The notes below the pieces were generated by a model. It was not told where the DNA came from. It ran no database searches and was given only the letters and a program-made list of their open reading frames with translations. Source: Bacillota bacterium (GTDB lineage Bacteria; Bacillota; Clostridia; Christensenellales; UBA1242). Taken from it: DNA of 64,000 nt. The DNA is taken from NCBI GenBank assembly GCA_009780375.1, contig WRAD01000002.1, positions 979 to 64,978 on the forward strand, written 5' to 3'. The position numbers and the translations under genes are program-made. The first letter of the stretch is position 1. Each line of letters begins with the position of its first letter. Positions 28,135 to 38,477 of this stretch are shown here, piece after piece.

Positions 28135-31100
28135 ATGAAAATATTTTTTAAAAGAACGCAAAAGGTTTTCCTTTCGCTTATGCTTACACTTTGTATAGTG
28201 GTGCCTGCGGTTCTGCTTGCCGGTTGTGGCGGTAATTCGCGTGCGTCAAGATTTCGCATAAACGAGGGCACATACAGGGCATCGGCGATTCATGCAACTT
28301 TGGGAAATAATACATTTGACCTCGTAAATGATAATTTGGCCCAGCCTATGGCAAATGAACTTCGTGATATTGTTCTTGGTTTATTAAATGAAGATAATTT
28401 AGATGGTTTGTTTGGGCTTCTTCAAAGTCTTACAGGAAGTTTAGGTGACATAGATCTTCTATCGTTGTTGAATATGGATTTAGATCAAATTATTGAGGAC
28501 GAACTTTTGTCACTTTTGTCACAAGCAAATAACTTACATCTTACCGAACAAATGCGTAATCAAATTGCCAATCTTATAATTCGTTATACAAGAACACTCG
28601 GTGATGATATAAGCCGACTTGTTCGAAATTTGCTTGGAACAGAACTTTCACTTGATGGGTTTATGCGTGCCGCACTTGTAGAAAACATTACGACTGATTT
28701 TCTTATGCAAATGCTTGTATCTGGTGATGTTCCGCCATCTTTTCATGCAAGTTTGCGTGACATTTTCTTGGAATTTGGATTTATACGTACAAATCAATCA
28801 TTGCTTGATGTTGTCAGAGATGTTATTCCACAAGGGATAACAGGTCTTGGAAGTGCAATTGATTTAACAGGTCTTGTAAATCTTTATAACATAGTTAATT
28901 CGGTTTTGCCAGAAGGGGTAGACATCGAAGATGTTGCATTTGATTGGACAAGCGACGAGCAATTTGCACTTATATTTGATTTGATTTTTGGCATGATGGA
29001 TCTTGACGAGCCAAATGTTATCGAGGCAAGGCTTGATCCAGGTTTTGATTTATATATAAGTCTTGATGTAAATGGACTTATCTTATCACTTCCTGGGCTT
29101 ATGACCGATGTTCATTTTCAAGGTTTTCATGGTTCTGCACTTTTTGATGAAGTTGTAAAGCATCTCTTGTATGTAATAGTCTCGGATGTTTCATTTTATC
29201 ACTTGTTCAGAAACATCGAATTCTTCCGTTTCATGCAAAGTCACATGCCATCAATGGGTGGATTTCTTGACGGCATTCTTGCGGTTACCGAGTGGCTTAA
29301 TATAACTAATATTGCACAAGGTCTTTTTAATACGTTTGATCAAAATATACGTGAAAAAGTCTATACCGCGATTGCACTTGATCTTTGGCAACAAGAATCA
29401 GGTTGGGTAAATTGGAGTGCCGACATAAATGCATATCTTGCAGGGCAGAGAACAAGACCTGGATCCGGAATAGGTTATGGGTTTTGGCATCTTGATATTA
29501 ATTGGGGTAATATGACCCGTTTTGGACCATATGACATACGATCGTATCATTATATTTCAACCGACATAGCAATGTGGAGAAATCGAATAGGCAACACATC
29601 TCAATGGTATACAAATTTTGCAAATAGAGGAAGTATATCAAATCATATGCAACTTTTTACCCGTGTTGGTGAAAACATGCGTGCAAATGGTCGCTTTCGC
29701 AATGATCACACAATGGGTGAAAATGTTGATACCGCACTTTTGTGGGGGCGAAACGCATGGCACTTTGTTGACAGAGGATATCTTACTGTTCGCCAAATCG
29801 GAGGACTTGTAAGTGTAAGTGTAGGTCCAGTCATGGAAGTTATTCATATGGCACTTGATGATCTTGTTCCAACTCTTATGGCAGCCCAAGGTCTTAATAT
29901 CCAAATGGAAGATCTTATAAATTTGATAGTAATATTTTCAGATATGTACAGTGTGTTTTCTCATCAAATACATGACATATATATTCATCTTATACGCCAG
30001 CGTGATGGTGTTTCTAACAATACAGATGGTGAGGTTATTGTAAGACTCTTGGCGTCCATCGAGCCATTTCTTATAGATCTTTTGCAAGATGAAATGATAA
30101 TGGGCCTTGCAAGGGATTTGTTGCCAGGTCTTGTTGCAGGTCTTGTGCCGCCACCATTTGACAGTGATTATCTTGTCGAATACGCGTTTGATTTTGTGTT
30201 TGATAATGTCGAGGAGTTTATCGGAATTCTTCTTGGAAGTGATGATATCATAACAGACTTGTGGTTCTTTTTTGAAGATGCAATTCTTGACATTCTCGAT
30301 GATGATTATCTTATGCAGGTTCTCGTCAACATTGCAAATTATTTTATACCGCCGCAATTTTCTGATCCGGTTGCGGTTGATTTTCTTGTTGATGTTATAC
30401 GTACGCAACTTCCAAGACTTGTTCGTACAAGTTGTGTTGTGTCCACTTTATTTGAAACAAACGGTGTTCTTTCTGTGCTTGTAAATACAACGCGTAATCC
30501 GATAATTGCAAATTATGTGCTTGACACCCTTGTTCCTATACTTGTAAATATGGTGCCAGTTGAATTTCAACCAATATTTGATATTCTGGGCGAAGATTCA
30601 ATGTCATTTATATATTGGTCGATTGTTAATGCATTACCACAATTAATCGCAACAAATGATTTTGCAATGATGATGGCGTTTGTGTTGTACGATACAATTG
30701 TTCACCTTGCCGCAAATGAAGAGCTTATCGAATTTGCAATAGAACTTGTTATTGAGAATATGGCATCCTTGCTTGAAATTGAAACATCTTCAGATCCAAA
30801 CCAAGCAATAGATCTTGTATTTGTAATTATTTCCCATCTTGTTCCAATGCTTGTTGCAAACGATGAACTTGTTGACATTACAATTAATGTGCTTGTTTTT
30901 AACATTCCAGGTGTTCTTGCCGTTCCAGAACTTCGCACATTTTTGTTTAATCTTATTGAAACGGAACTTCAAAATGCGGTGGACGGCCTTCATCTCCAGT
31001 CACTTGTACGTAACGCACTTGAAACAGGTAATGCAACTGTTGATGCAATCTTGTGGGATTTGACCATTGAGCGATTTGATTTTGATGCGATTCTTGAAAA

Positions 31101-32409
31101 CATAATATCTAATGTAGTAACATTTGAAAATTTTGATGCAATTTTGACGCTTTTGACAACAGAACTTGAAAACTTGACCAGCGATTTGACAAATGTTACA
31201 ATTGACAATTTGCTCGAGCAACTTGTTGCACGACTTACTTCGCCAGAACTTATCACAGATGGTGTTGATTTTGTTGCAGATTCAATTAATGAGGCAATTG
31301 ATTTTATTGCAACAACACTTGCAACCTTTATACGTAATGGCGGACTTCAAGGTTTATATGGATATGTGATTGGCGGCGTTGCACATTTTCTTGATATTGG
31401 TGCAATCAAACATGACATAACAGGAATCATTACAGATTATGCTCCAGACTTTGTTGAAACACTTGTTCAAAATTTAGATTTATCAGTATTAATTACAGGA
31501 CTCGTCGAAACAATTCAAATACAAGACCAAGATATTGCCAATATTATAGACATTGCACTTGACATTATTAATTTGGAAGAATTTGCAAATGTGCTTGTTG
31601 TTGATTTGGTTGAATATTTGGTAGATCTTCTTGGTGATTATGCAACAGTATTAACATTTGTAGAATTTATAATCGCAGATCTTTGTCAGATAGCAAATCT
31701 TGATGGGCTTAATAACATTACAAATGCACTTGTAAGAAGCATTATTAACGGATTTGATGAAATTGAAGTTATTAATAATATTTTGGAAATTACATTTAAT
31801 CACCTTGTAATAGAGATTAAAGATATTGTTTCAAGTGAGAGACTTGGTTATCTTATTGATGCGGTTATAACAACTTTTATAGGCGATATTGGCGAGATAA
31901 TGAGTGGTGTTATTGACTTTTTGCAAATAATTACGCTTGGTATAAGTGGCGATAATTTCAGAATTGGTGGAATTAACCAGTTACTTGGAAGTTTGCTTGC
32001 CGGATCGGTCTCGCCTGCTATGCTTGATGCGATTAACGTGGCACTTAATCCAATTTTAAACAGAGTGGTTTATAGGCTTGATTCAGATGGAAGTATTGGG
32101 TTGTACTTTCATAATCAAGGTAATTATACCCCACTTCTTGATATGATATTGTCAATTCCAATTCTGCATACAGTGATAGGCACATTTACAGATATAAATA
32201 TAAATGACTTTTTGGCATCAGGATTATTTGGTGCAAGAATTCACTATGATACACTTAACGGTGAAATTACGTTTATAGCAGGGCTTAGTGTCGCTGATTT
32301 ATTTGAACTTGTTCCTGTTCTGGATCTTGTAGGGATATCTATACCATCTGCTGTGCCTAATTTTGTTCTTAATTTGAACATGGATATTGCTTTGACTTTT
32401 GCTGCATAA
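28135..32409 (+). CDS. Giant (1424 aa) acidic lipoprotein of unknown function with a helical-repeat-like composition
   Basis: Start set at MKIFFKRTQKVFLSLMLTLCIVVPAVLLAGCGG (lipobox LLAGC). The rest is dominated by L/I/V/D/E/N/F, has few K/R, and shows recurring ..D(L/F)(L/I)V(D/E)..(I/L).. segments. Confidence 0.7.
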   Translation: MKIFFKRTQKVFLSLMLTLCIVVPAVLLAGCGGNSRASRFRINEGTYRASAIHATLGNNTFDLVNDNLAQPMANELRDIVLGLLNEDNLDGLFGLLQSLTGSLGDIDLLSLLNMDLDQIIEDELLSLLSQANNLHLTEQMRNQIANLIIRYTRTLGDDISRLVRNLLGTELSLDGFMRAALVENITTDFLMQMLVSGDVPPSFHASLRDIFLEFGFIRTNQSLLDVVRDVIPQGITGLGSAIDLTGLVNLYNIVNSVLPEGVDIEDVAFDWTSDEQFALIFDLIFGMMDLDEPNVIEARLDPGFDLYISLDVNGLILSLPGLMTDVHFQGFHGSALFDEVVKHLLYVIVSDVSFYHLFRNIEFFRFMQSHMPSMGGFLDGILAVTEWLNITNIAQGLFNTFDQNIREKVYTAIALDLWQQESGWVNWSADINAYLAGQRTRPGSGIGYGFWHLDINWGNMTRFGPYDIRSYHYISTDIAMWRNRIGNTSQWYTNFANRGSISNHMQLFTRVGENMRANGRFRNDHTMGENVDTALLWGRNAWHFVDRGYLTVRQIGGLVSVSVGPVMEVIHMALDDLVPTLMAAQGLNIQMEDLINLIVIFSDMYSVFSHQIHDIYIHLIRQRDGVSNNTDGEVIVRLLASIEPFLIDLLQDEMIMGLARDLLPGLVAGLVPPPFDSDYLVEYAFDFVFDNVEEFIGILLGSDDIITDLWFFFEDAILDILDDDYLMQVLVNIANYFIPPQFSDPVAVDFLVDVIRTQLPRLVRTSCVVSTLFETNGVLSVLVNTTRNPIIANYVLDTLVPILVNMVPVEFQPIFDILGEDSMSFIYWSIVNALPQLIATNDFAMMMAFVLYDTIVHLAANEELIEFAIELVIENMASLLEIETSSDPNQAIDLVFVIISHLVPMLVANDELVDITINVLVFNIPGVLAVPELRTFLFNLIETELQNAVDGLHLQSLVRNALETGNATVDAILWDLTIERFDFDAILENIISNVVTFENFDAILTLLTTELENLTSDLTNVTIDNLLEQLVARLTSPELITDGVDFVADSINEAIDFIATTLATFIRNGGLQGLYGYVIGGVAHFLDIGAIKHDITGIITDYAPDFVETLVQNLDLSVLITGLVETIQIQDQDIANIIDIALDIINLEEFANVLVVDLVEYLVDLLGDYATVLTFVEFIIADLCQIANLDGLNNITNALVRSIINGFDEIEVINNILEITFNHLVIEIKDIVSSERLGYLIDAVITTFIGDIGEIMSGVIDFLQIITLGISGDNFRIGGINQLLGSLLAGSVSPAMLDAINVALNPILNRVVYRLDSDGSIGLYFHNQGNYTPLLDMILSIPILHTVIGTFTDININDFLASGLFGARIHYDTLNGEITFIAGLSVADLFELVPVLDLVGISIPSAVPNFVLNLNMDIALTFAA

Positions 32410-32590
32410 TTTATTTAATATTCAAAGTATTTATACATAGTTTCTTGACATCAAAAGCCAAAATTGGTAATATATATTAATACCTTGTCATGTAAAGATT
32501 GGGTTTCAAATATATATAATAAAACTTAATATATAACCAAGTGGTTTTGTGTTGCTTGGAAACATATGAAACTAGGAGACAATTTATATA

Positions 32591-34951
32591 ATGAAAAGAC
32601 TAGCACAAAGAGGGTTGCTGGCTTTTGGAATAATAATGACACTTGTATTTATGTCTTCGGGTGTCGTTAAAATGGCAGGTACAGGCGGAGTATATACCTC
32701 ATACGCAAATACTGACCAAACCGCCATTAATAATCCACAAACCTTTAATCAAAGCATTAATATACAAACACCAGGTAATCATGGTGTTCACGATACAGAA
32801 AACCGTGTGACACATGTGGTTCGTCCGAATTTAGTTAATTTCAGTAACATTGAAACAAGTGGTACAATTGGTGCAACATCTAATCCTGGGTATACTTTTG
32901 GAAGAATGAATGCAAGCACAGGAAGTGACACGACAGGTGGGCTTTCAGATCGTGGGCCACTTACTAGTGACAATGGAGCCGCCCTTGCTTATACCAATTT
33001 TCATCCAATTTCGTCCGCAAGTTGGACTCGACAATATCGTTGGGCCTCGACCCAGGTATGGATTGGTTTTTCTGGTGAAATGCAGCTTGCTATGATGAAC
33101 GGCACACTCACTCGTCTTGATATGGATTTCTTTTTTGGGCTTGGCGCATTAAGTGACGAAACTTATGCGAATAATGCAACAGGTATAACAAGAACCTTTT
33201 TTGATCTGAGTTTCAATCGTGTTACAAATATTTCTGCACAACCAAGTCGTGAAATAACAGAATTTAACACCGTTCCACTTGAAACACCTGGTGATATATA
33301 TGCTGGAACACGTGCAATAAACCAGGTTGCATGGGGTGGACATAACAGGGCACTTAATGATACACGTTCTTCACGTGCGGTGAGTCGTGGTCTGACACGT
33401 GGTTTAACATCATACCATCGTTCAAGTTCAAATTATAACAACCACATACATGGAAACCATTGGGGTTTTCACGAATATACAGACATTCGTATAATGAACC
33501 CAAATGTTATCCAGCGTATCGGAAACCAAGGTGGTTTTTGGCTTAGGCTTTATTCTTTTGCACACTCGCATTCTGGTGGGGTAAGAAGTTACTTTGCCCA
33601 GGTTGCAAATGTGTTTGAAGGTATGAATTGGCGTGCGACCTTTGCCGATAAAGATATGAATTTTAGAAGTGGTAACCAAAATTTGGGAATTGTTGATCAC
33701 CCATGGATAAATTATTATGAGGGCACTTCTAATCCAAATCAAACTTTTAATTCGAATGCAATTGCCAATGCAAATAACATGTTTGTAAATTGGACAAGTC
33801 GTACTTGTCAACTTGGCCTTCAAGGAACATCATCTGACCCGAAAAACCCACATGCAACAAGTCGAAGTTATTTGGAATCTGCACGGGCCCATCAAATTGT
33901 AACCGCAAATTTTGCTCCGATTCCTGTTACAGGCGAAAATCTTTATGTATTCAATGGACAACCTCAAAGTCCTTTGGTTGATTTGGCACAAATAAATACA
34001 GTTGTTGACAGACAGCATCGTATTGAACAAACCTTTACAGGGCGAAATAATACCGAATTTAATTCTGAAAATCGTCCTGTTGACGCAGGTGATTACACTT
34101 ATGTTGCACGTGTATATCGTCAAGTTGGTACACCTCGTGGTATGGAATGGGTTTTCGTTGGTGAGGCAATCCGTGATTTTACAATTGCCACCGCAACGCT
34201 TGATCAAGGAACACTTGGTATATCGCTTTTAGGTTGGGTATGGGGCAATATTCCGAATATACCTGCCTTGATTGGTACACTGCCATCAATTACAGGCACA
34301 TACACATTTGAATATCAACATTATCAAAATGGTGAATGGTCAAGTGAAGTGCCGCAAACCATTGGCGTGCATAACGTTCGTGCTGTATTTACTTCTCCAA
34401 ATTGGGAAACCTATATAATTCAACATGTACCGTTTATCATTTCACCGCGTACGGTGACACAGAATGAATTTGAAATAATATTATCTGCAACACAAATTGA
34501 ATATAACGCAAATACACAATTACCAGAAGTCATTATAACGACAACCCTTAGAGAGGTTTCATACACATACAGTGTGGATATTTGCTCGCCAATTGATGCA
34601 AACTTAGGTACACGTACAATTACAATCACACTTGTTTTCACTGGTAATTACCAAGGCATATTCCAAGTTATGAAAACAATAGAGATTATTCCTATGCCAG
34701 AATCTGGGGGTGAAGAAACAGAAGGTGATAATGATCTGGCAACCGGTGATAAAGATGATAATATTGATAATAACATAGATACAAATGACAAAGAGAGCGG
34801 TGAAGAGGAAGTTGAAGACGAAACAACATATGAAGGATATTCCAATGGTACAAAAGTTCCAACAGGTGCGGTTGCAGGTGGAGTCGCGGCCGGAGGTGTT
34901 ACCGCTTTAGGAATCTTTGGACATATTGTAAAGAGTCGAAGGATATTCTAG
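32591..34951 (+). CDS. Large secreted surface protein with MBG-like Ig repeats and a C-terminal TM anchor
   Basis: Has a signal peptide. ..LYVFNGQPQSPLV..RPVDAGDYTYVARV.. resembles the MBG-domain pattern (Y.G..Q.P.V...P..AG.Y.V). An acidic stalk (EETEGDNDLATGDKDDNIDNNID) is followed by a Gly/Ala-rich TM segment and KSRRIF. Confidence 0.6.
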   Translation: MKRLAQRGLLAFGIIMTLVFMSSGVVKMAGTGGVYTSYANTDQTAINNPQTFNQSINIQTPGNHGVHDTENRVTHVVRPNLVNFSNIETSGTIGATSNPGYTFGRMNASTGSDTTGGLSDRGPLTSDNGAALAYTNFHPISSASWTRQYRWASTQVWIGFSGEMQLAMMNGTLTRLDMDFFFGLGALSDETYANNATGITRTFFDLSFNRVTNISAQPSREITEFNTVPLETPGDIYAGTRAINQVAWGGHNRALNDTRSSRAVSRGLTRGLTSYHRSSSNYNNHIHGNHWGFHEYTDIRIMNPNVIQRIGNQGGFWLRLYSFAHSHSGGVRSYFAQVANVFEGMNWRATFADKDMNFRSGNQNLGIVDHPWINYYEGTSNPNQTFNSNAIANANNMFVNWTSRTCQLGLQGTSSDPKNPHATSRSYLESARAHQIVTANFAPIPVTGENLYVFNGQPQSPLVDLAQINTVVDRQHRIEQTFTGRNNTEFNSENRPVDAGDYTYVARVYRQVGTPRGMEWVFVGEAIRDFTIATATLDQGTLGISLLGWVWGNIPNIPALIGTLPSITGTYTFEYQHYQNGEWSSEVPQTIGVHNVRAVFTSPNWETYIIQHVPFIISPRTVTQNEFEIILSATQIEYNANTQLPEVIITTTLREVSYTYSVDICSPIDANLGTRTITITLVFTGNYQGIFQVMKTIEIIPMPESGGEETEGDNDLATGDKDDNIDNNIDTNDKESGEEEVEDETTYEGYSNGTKVPTGAVAGGVAAGGVTALGIFGHIVKSRRIF

Positions 34952-35005
34952 TTGCCTTGCCTAATATATTAGTGTATACTGTGCATAATATATTAGGGAG
35001 GTAAA

Positions 35006-35299
35006 ATGGGAAAAACTTATGGAAGAGGATTTCTAAGTCTGCTTGCGTTTATTGCTTTTGCCCTTGTAGGGTTTGCTTTCATGCTTTTCATGATTATAAG
35101 GGCGGCCGGATGGAATGATAGTATTGCTCATGCATTTTATTTGATTGGTATAATTCTTGCGTGTATCGTTATCGGTGTAATATCGTTTATATTCTGTTAC
35201 CGAAGGATGAGAAGACAATGGTGGTGTATGCTTGTATGGACTATTGCCGCAATATTTATTACAATAGCTTTGATTCTTGGCGAAACTGGTGTAATCTAA
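35006..35299 (+). CDS. Small membrane protein (97 aa, three TM segments)
   Basis: Strong SD (GGGAGG) and hydrophobic segments. Confidence 0.5.
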   Translation: MGKTYGRGFLSLLAFIAFALVGFAFMLFMIIRAAGWNDSIAHAFYLIGIILACIVIGVISFIFCYRRMRRQWWCMLVWTIAAIFITIALILGETGVI

Positions 35300-35303
35300 T
35301 TGT

Positions 35304-35735
35304 GTGAAGTTCCTAATAAACTTTTTAAAATCTTTTTGGGTGGCTCAAACATCGACTTTGCCCAAGAAGATTTTTGTTTATTCACTTGTAGCCACTTTAT
35401 TTTTTTTGATAATAAGTGTGTCTACAGGAATAAGCGAACTTTACACAACCACAAAAATTCTTGCAATAGTTAGTTGCTGTGCAAGTTTTTTTATAACCGC
35501 AACAAGGTACAGGCAGTTTAAACAAAAAATAGATGAACAACGCAGAGAGAGACTTCGCGACCGAGGTATAGAAGAGGCCGATGACATGCGAAAAAGGGAA
35601 CTTAGAAAGCAAAAAGTTTTTTATGATCAAGAGAAGCAATGGATTAAACGTAAACAACGTGAATTTAAATTCACGATATTTATGCGTATTATGATAATTG
35701 CGTTGCTTGTTGTTCTTATTTTTAACATACTTTAA
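35304..35735 (+). CDS. Small membrane protein with a charged coiled segment (GTG start)
   Basis: ORF with two N-terminal TM segments, a Lys/Arg/Glu-rich middle and a C-terminal TM segment. Confidence 0.4.
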   Translation: MKFLINFLKSFWVAQTSTLPKKIFVYSLVATLFFLIISVSTGISELYTTTKILAIVSCCASFFITATRYRQFKQKIDEQRRERLRDRGIEEADDMRKRELRKQKVFYDQEKQWIKRKQREFKFTIFMRIMIIALLVVLIFNIL

Positions 35736-35793
35736 AACTTGCTTTTAATATAAAACTGTGATAACTTATGTAAGTAATAAAAAGGAGTTACAA

Positions 35794-37074
35794 ATGGAAC
35801 ATAAATTTACACAAAACAAAACCGATGCCACATTCGAGCTTGTTTTTACCGCAAGTGAATATGAAGAAGCGATGGAGTCCACGTTTAAAAAGGAGGGCGG
35901 CAAGTACCGTGTTCACGGGTTCAGAGCAGGAAAAGCACCACGTAAAATGATAGAAAAAAATTATGGCGAAGGTGTTTTTATCGAGGCGGCAATTGACCAA
36001 CTTTTTAAACAAGGTTACAATACAATTCTTGATGCAAATCCTGAATTTGAACCAATCGCACCACCTGCTATTGATTTTGATTTACCAAAAGAAGGCGGTG
36101 TAACAATGAAAGGTACGGTTGAAACTATTCCTCAGTTCAAGCTTGGAAAATATACCGGACTTGAGGTTGCGTCGGCAGATATTAAAATAACAGACAAACA
36201 AGTTAATGAATTTCTGGAAGAGGCAAGGATAAAACGAGGTCGTCAAGTTGATGCACCGACATCACACAAGATTGTAAATGGTGACATGGTTACGCTTGAT
36301 TTCAAAGGAAGTATTGATGGTGTAGAATTTGCAGGCGGAACCGCCGAGGATTACGAACTTGAGATAGGTTCAAAATCGTTTATTGATACTTTTGAAGATC
36401 AACTTGTTGGTCTTTGTGTTGGTGACACAAAAGATGTTAAGGTATCTTTTCCAAAAGAATATCACGCCGCCGAACTTGCCGGAAAACCTGCGAACTTTGC
36501 AATCAAAATTAAAAAGATTAAGCAAACCGAATTGCCAAAACTTGATGATGCATTTGCAAAAGATACAAGTGAGTTTGAAACACTTGCCGATTATAAAAAA
36601 GACATCAAGGAAAAATTGACCACAAGTGCAGAAGCCGAATCTAAACAACTTAACGAAGATGCACTTATCGCCGAGGTTGTAAAACAAACCCCAGTTGAAA
36701 TCCCAGAGAAAATGGTTGAACGTCAACTTGATATGATGATGAATAACATTAATCACCGTCTTTCGATGCAAGGATTTAATTTGGAATTATTTGCCCAAAT
36801 GCAAGGTACAACGGTTGATGCAATACGTGAACAACACAAGGAAAGTGCAATTAACACAATAAAAACGCGTCTTGTACTTGATGAGATTGCAAAAAAGGAA
36901 AAAATTGTTCCAATGCCTGAGGAAATAGAAGACATTATTATGCAGGCGGCACAGAAAAGTGGCAGAAAGGACAAAGAGATAAGAAAGGACGTCGATTACG
37001 TAAATATGCTTGTCACAAATAAAAAATACGATATGATTACCGAATTTTTGAAATCAAAAAATTCTATGAAATAG
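35794..37074 (+). CDS. tig: Trigger factor
   Basis: Start set at MEHKF after AAAAGGAG. The N-terminus GFRAGKAPRKMIEKNYG is the ribosome-binding signature GFRxGxxP. An FKBP-like middle domain (VTLDFKGSIDGVEFAGG) is present. Confidence 0.9.
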   Translation: MEHKFTQNKTDATFELVFTASEYEEAMESTFKKEGGKYRVHGFRAGKAPRKMIEKNYGEGVFIEAAIDQLFKQGYNTILDANPEFEPIAPPAIDFDLPKEGGVTMKGTVETIPQFKLGKYTGLEVASADIKITDKQVNEFLEEARIKRGRQVDAPTSHKIVNGDMVTLDFKGSIDGVEFAGGTAEDYELEIGSKSFIDTFEDQLVGLCVGDTKDVKVSFPKEYHAAELAGKPANFAIKIKKIKQTELPKLDDAFAKDTSEFETLADYKKDIKEKLTTSAEAESKQLNEDALIAEVVKQTPVEIPEKMVERQLDMMMNNINHRLSMQGFNLELFAQMQGTTVDAIREQHKESAINTIKTRLVLDEIAKKEKIVPMPEEIEDIIMQAAQKSGRKDKEIRKDVDYVNMLVTNKKYDMITEFLKSKNSMK

Positions 37075-37128
37075 ATTTTAAGAAAAATTTCATCTGAATC
37101 ATAGCCTTGGATATTTGGTGATAGAACT

Positions 37129-37172
37129 AAAGCAACTTACGGTGCACATTAGCCGAGATTCTAGTACAAAAA
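37129..37172 (+). repeat. Intergenic repeat family, copy C, left module
   Basis: AAAGCAACTTACGGTGCACATTAGCCGAGATTCTAGTACAAAAA. Confidence 0.6.
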
Positions 37173-37234
37173 ATTTAGCAGAAGACAAGTTCGCTCAAGC
37201 GAACCATTAATATCTTCCTTAATGTCCACGCATG

Positions 37235-37257
37235 TATAATTCCTAGACTATAAAAAA
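37235..37257 (+). repeat. Intergenic repeat family, copy C, right module (split from the left module by a ~62-nt insert)
   Basis: TATAATTCCTAGACTATAAAAAA, followed by an A/T-flanked hairpin. Confidence 0.5.
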
Positions 37258-37297
37258 GAGGTGCCTCTCTTTTTTGCGTGCAATGTCAATGGTTAAA

Positions 37298-37385
37298 CTA
37301 GTAATCCTCTGCACCGACCAAGTAGCCCACGGTAACATTATAAAATTTGGCAATTTTTATCAGATTTTCATAACTTGCCTCAGTA
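37298..37385. repeat. 88-bp perfect direct repeat, copy 1
   Basis: Identical to 37742-37829 (CTAGTAATCCTCTGCACCGACCAAGTAGCCCACGG...CCTCAGTA). Confidence 0.9.
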
Positions 37386-37501
37386 TTTGTTTCGTATTGT
37401 TTATATGTACTATGAGCAATATCTAAATGTTTTGCAAGTTGCCTTTGTGACAATCCTTTTTCCTCTCTTAATTTGATTAAACGTTTTGCAGGTGACTCCA
37501 T
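37298..37501 (-). CDS. XRE-family HTH protein (67 aa), tandem paralog 1
   Basis: RLIKLREEKGLSQRQLAKHLDIAHSTYKQYE is a classic Cro/C1 HTH. Confidence 0.8.
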   Translation of the reverse strand: MESPAKRLIKLREEKGLSQRQLAKHLDIAHSTYKQYETNTEASYENLIKIAKFYNVTVGYLVGAEDY

Positions 37502-37509
37502 AATTTTTC

Positions 37510-37737
37510 CTAATAATCTTCCGAACCAATTAAATATCCAACTGAATAACCATGAAATTTTGAAAGTTTAATTAGATTAGTATAGTTTGCCTCGGTACCT
37601 AACTCATATTCTTTATAAGTTCCTTGTGGGATGCCCACTAGTTCTGCAAGTTGATGTTGAGTTAGAGATTTTTCTTTTCGTAATTCAAGTAGCCTTTTAG
37701 CAAAAGGTGTAAGTTGTTTAATATCTTTTTGTTTCAT
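37510..37737 (-). CDS. XRE-family HTH protein (75 aa), tandem paralog 2
   Basis: Start set at MKQKDIKQ. The HTH is RLLELRKEKSLTQHQLAELVGIPQGTYKEYE. Confidence 0.75.
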   Translation of the reverse strand: MKQKDIKQLTPFAKRLLELRKEKSLTQHQLAELVGIPQGTYKEYELGTEANYTNLIKLSKFHGYSVGYLIGSEDY

Positions 37738-37741
37738 GTTT

Positions 37742-37829
37742 CTAGTAATCCTCTGCACCGACCAAGTAGCCCACGGTAACATTATAAAATTTGGCAATTT
37801 TTATCAGATTTTCATAACTTGCCTCAGTA
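37742..37829. repeat. 88-bp perfect direct repeat, copy 2
   Basis: Identical to 37298-37385. Confidence 0.9.
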
Positions 37830-37945
37830 CCAACTTCATATAATCTATATGTGGCTTGATGAATACCGACAACTTTTGCGAGTTGTCGTTGCGACAATCC
37901 TTTTTCTTCTCTTAGCTTGGTTAAACGTTTTGCAGGTGACTCCAT
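37742..37945 (-). CDS. XRE-family HTH protein (67 aa), tandem paralog 3
   Basis: Start set at MESPAKRL. Its 3' 88 nt are identical to paralog 1. Confidence 0.8.
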   Translation of the reverse strand: MESPAKRLTKLREEKGLSQRQLAKVVGIHQATYRLYEVGTEASYENLIKIAKFYNVTVGYLVGAEDY

Positions 37946-38026
37946 AAATCCTATTGACATATTGACTTCATTTAAAGTATTATTTACTAATGACTAAGAA
38001 TATAGTCATTCAAAGGAGAAAAAATA

Positions 38027-38362
38027 ATGGACAAAAAAATAGTAAACGACGATTACAATGAACCAACATATTTGAAAGCATTTGGAATGCATTCAACCCA
38101 AATCGAAAAAGAAAATAGAACTTTTAAAGAATTTCAAGAATTCAAAGAACTCAGTGCACGCCTTGAATCATTATTAAAAGATAAACAAGTAACACAAGGG
38201 AAACTCGCCACAAGTCTAAGTACAACTCAAAAGCAAATAGATAAACTAATTGAACGAATTCCTTTTGATTATGCAAATCTTGCTTATTATCTAAGCGTTG
38301 TATTTAATGTGATTTCCGATTTTCTTGTTGGGGTTTATGAATCTAATAGAATAAACTTGTGA
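38027..38362 (+). CDS. Hypothetical protein with a degenerate XRE-like C-terminal half
   Basis: Divergent from the HTH array. ..KQVTQGKLATSLSTTQKQIDKL.. and ..ISDFLVGVYE echo the paralogs (..VGYLVGAEDY). Confidence 0.45.
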   Translation: MDKKIVNDDYNEPTYLKAFGMHSTQIEKENRTFKEFQEFKELSARLESLLKDKQVTQGKLATSLSTTQKQIDKLIERIPFDYANLAYYLSVVFNVISDFLVGVYESNRINL

Positions 38363-38477
38363 ATATACACGAAAACCACACATATATGCCTATTATGGTT
38401 GACTTTTTGCACAAAAGTTGATAATATTCTTAATAGAAGCCACTTTTTCAATAGCAAAATGCAATTAAGGAGAAATT

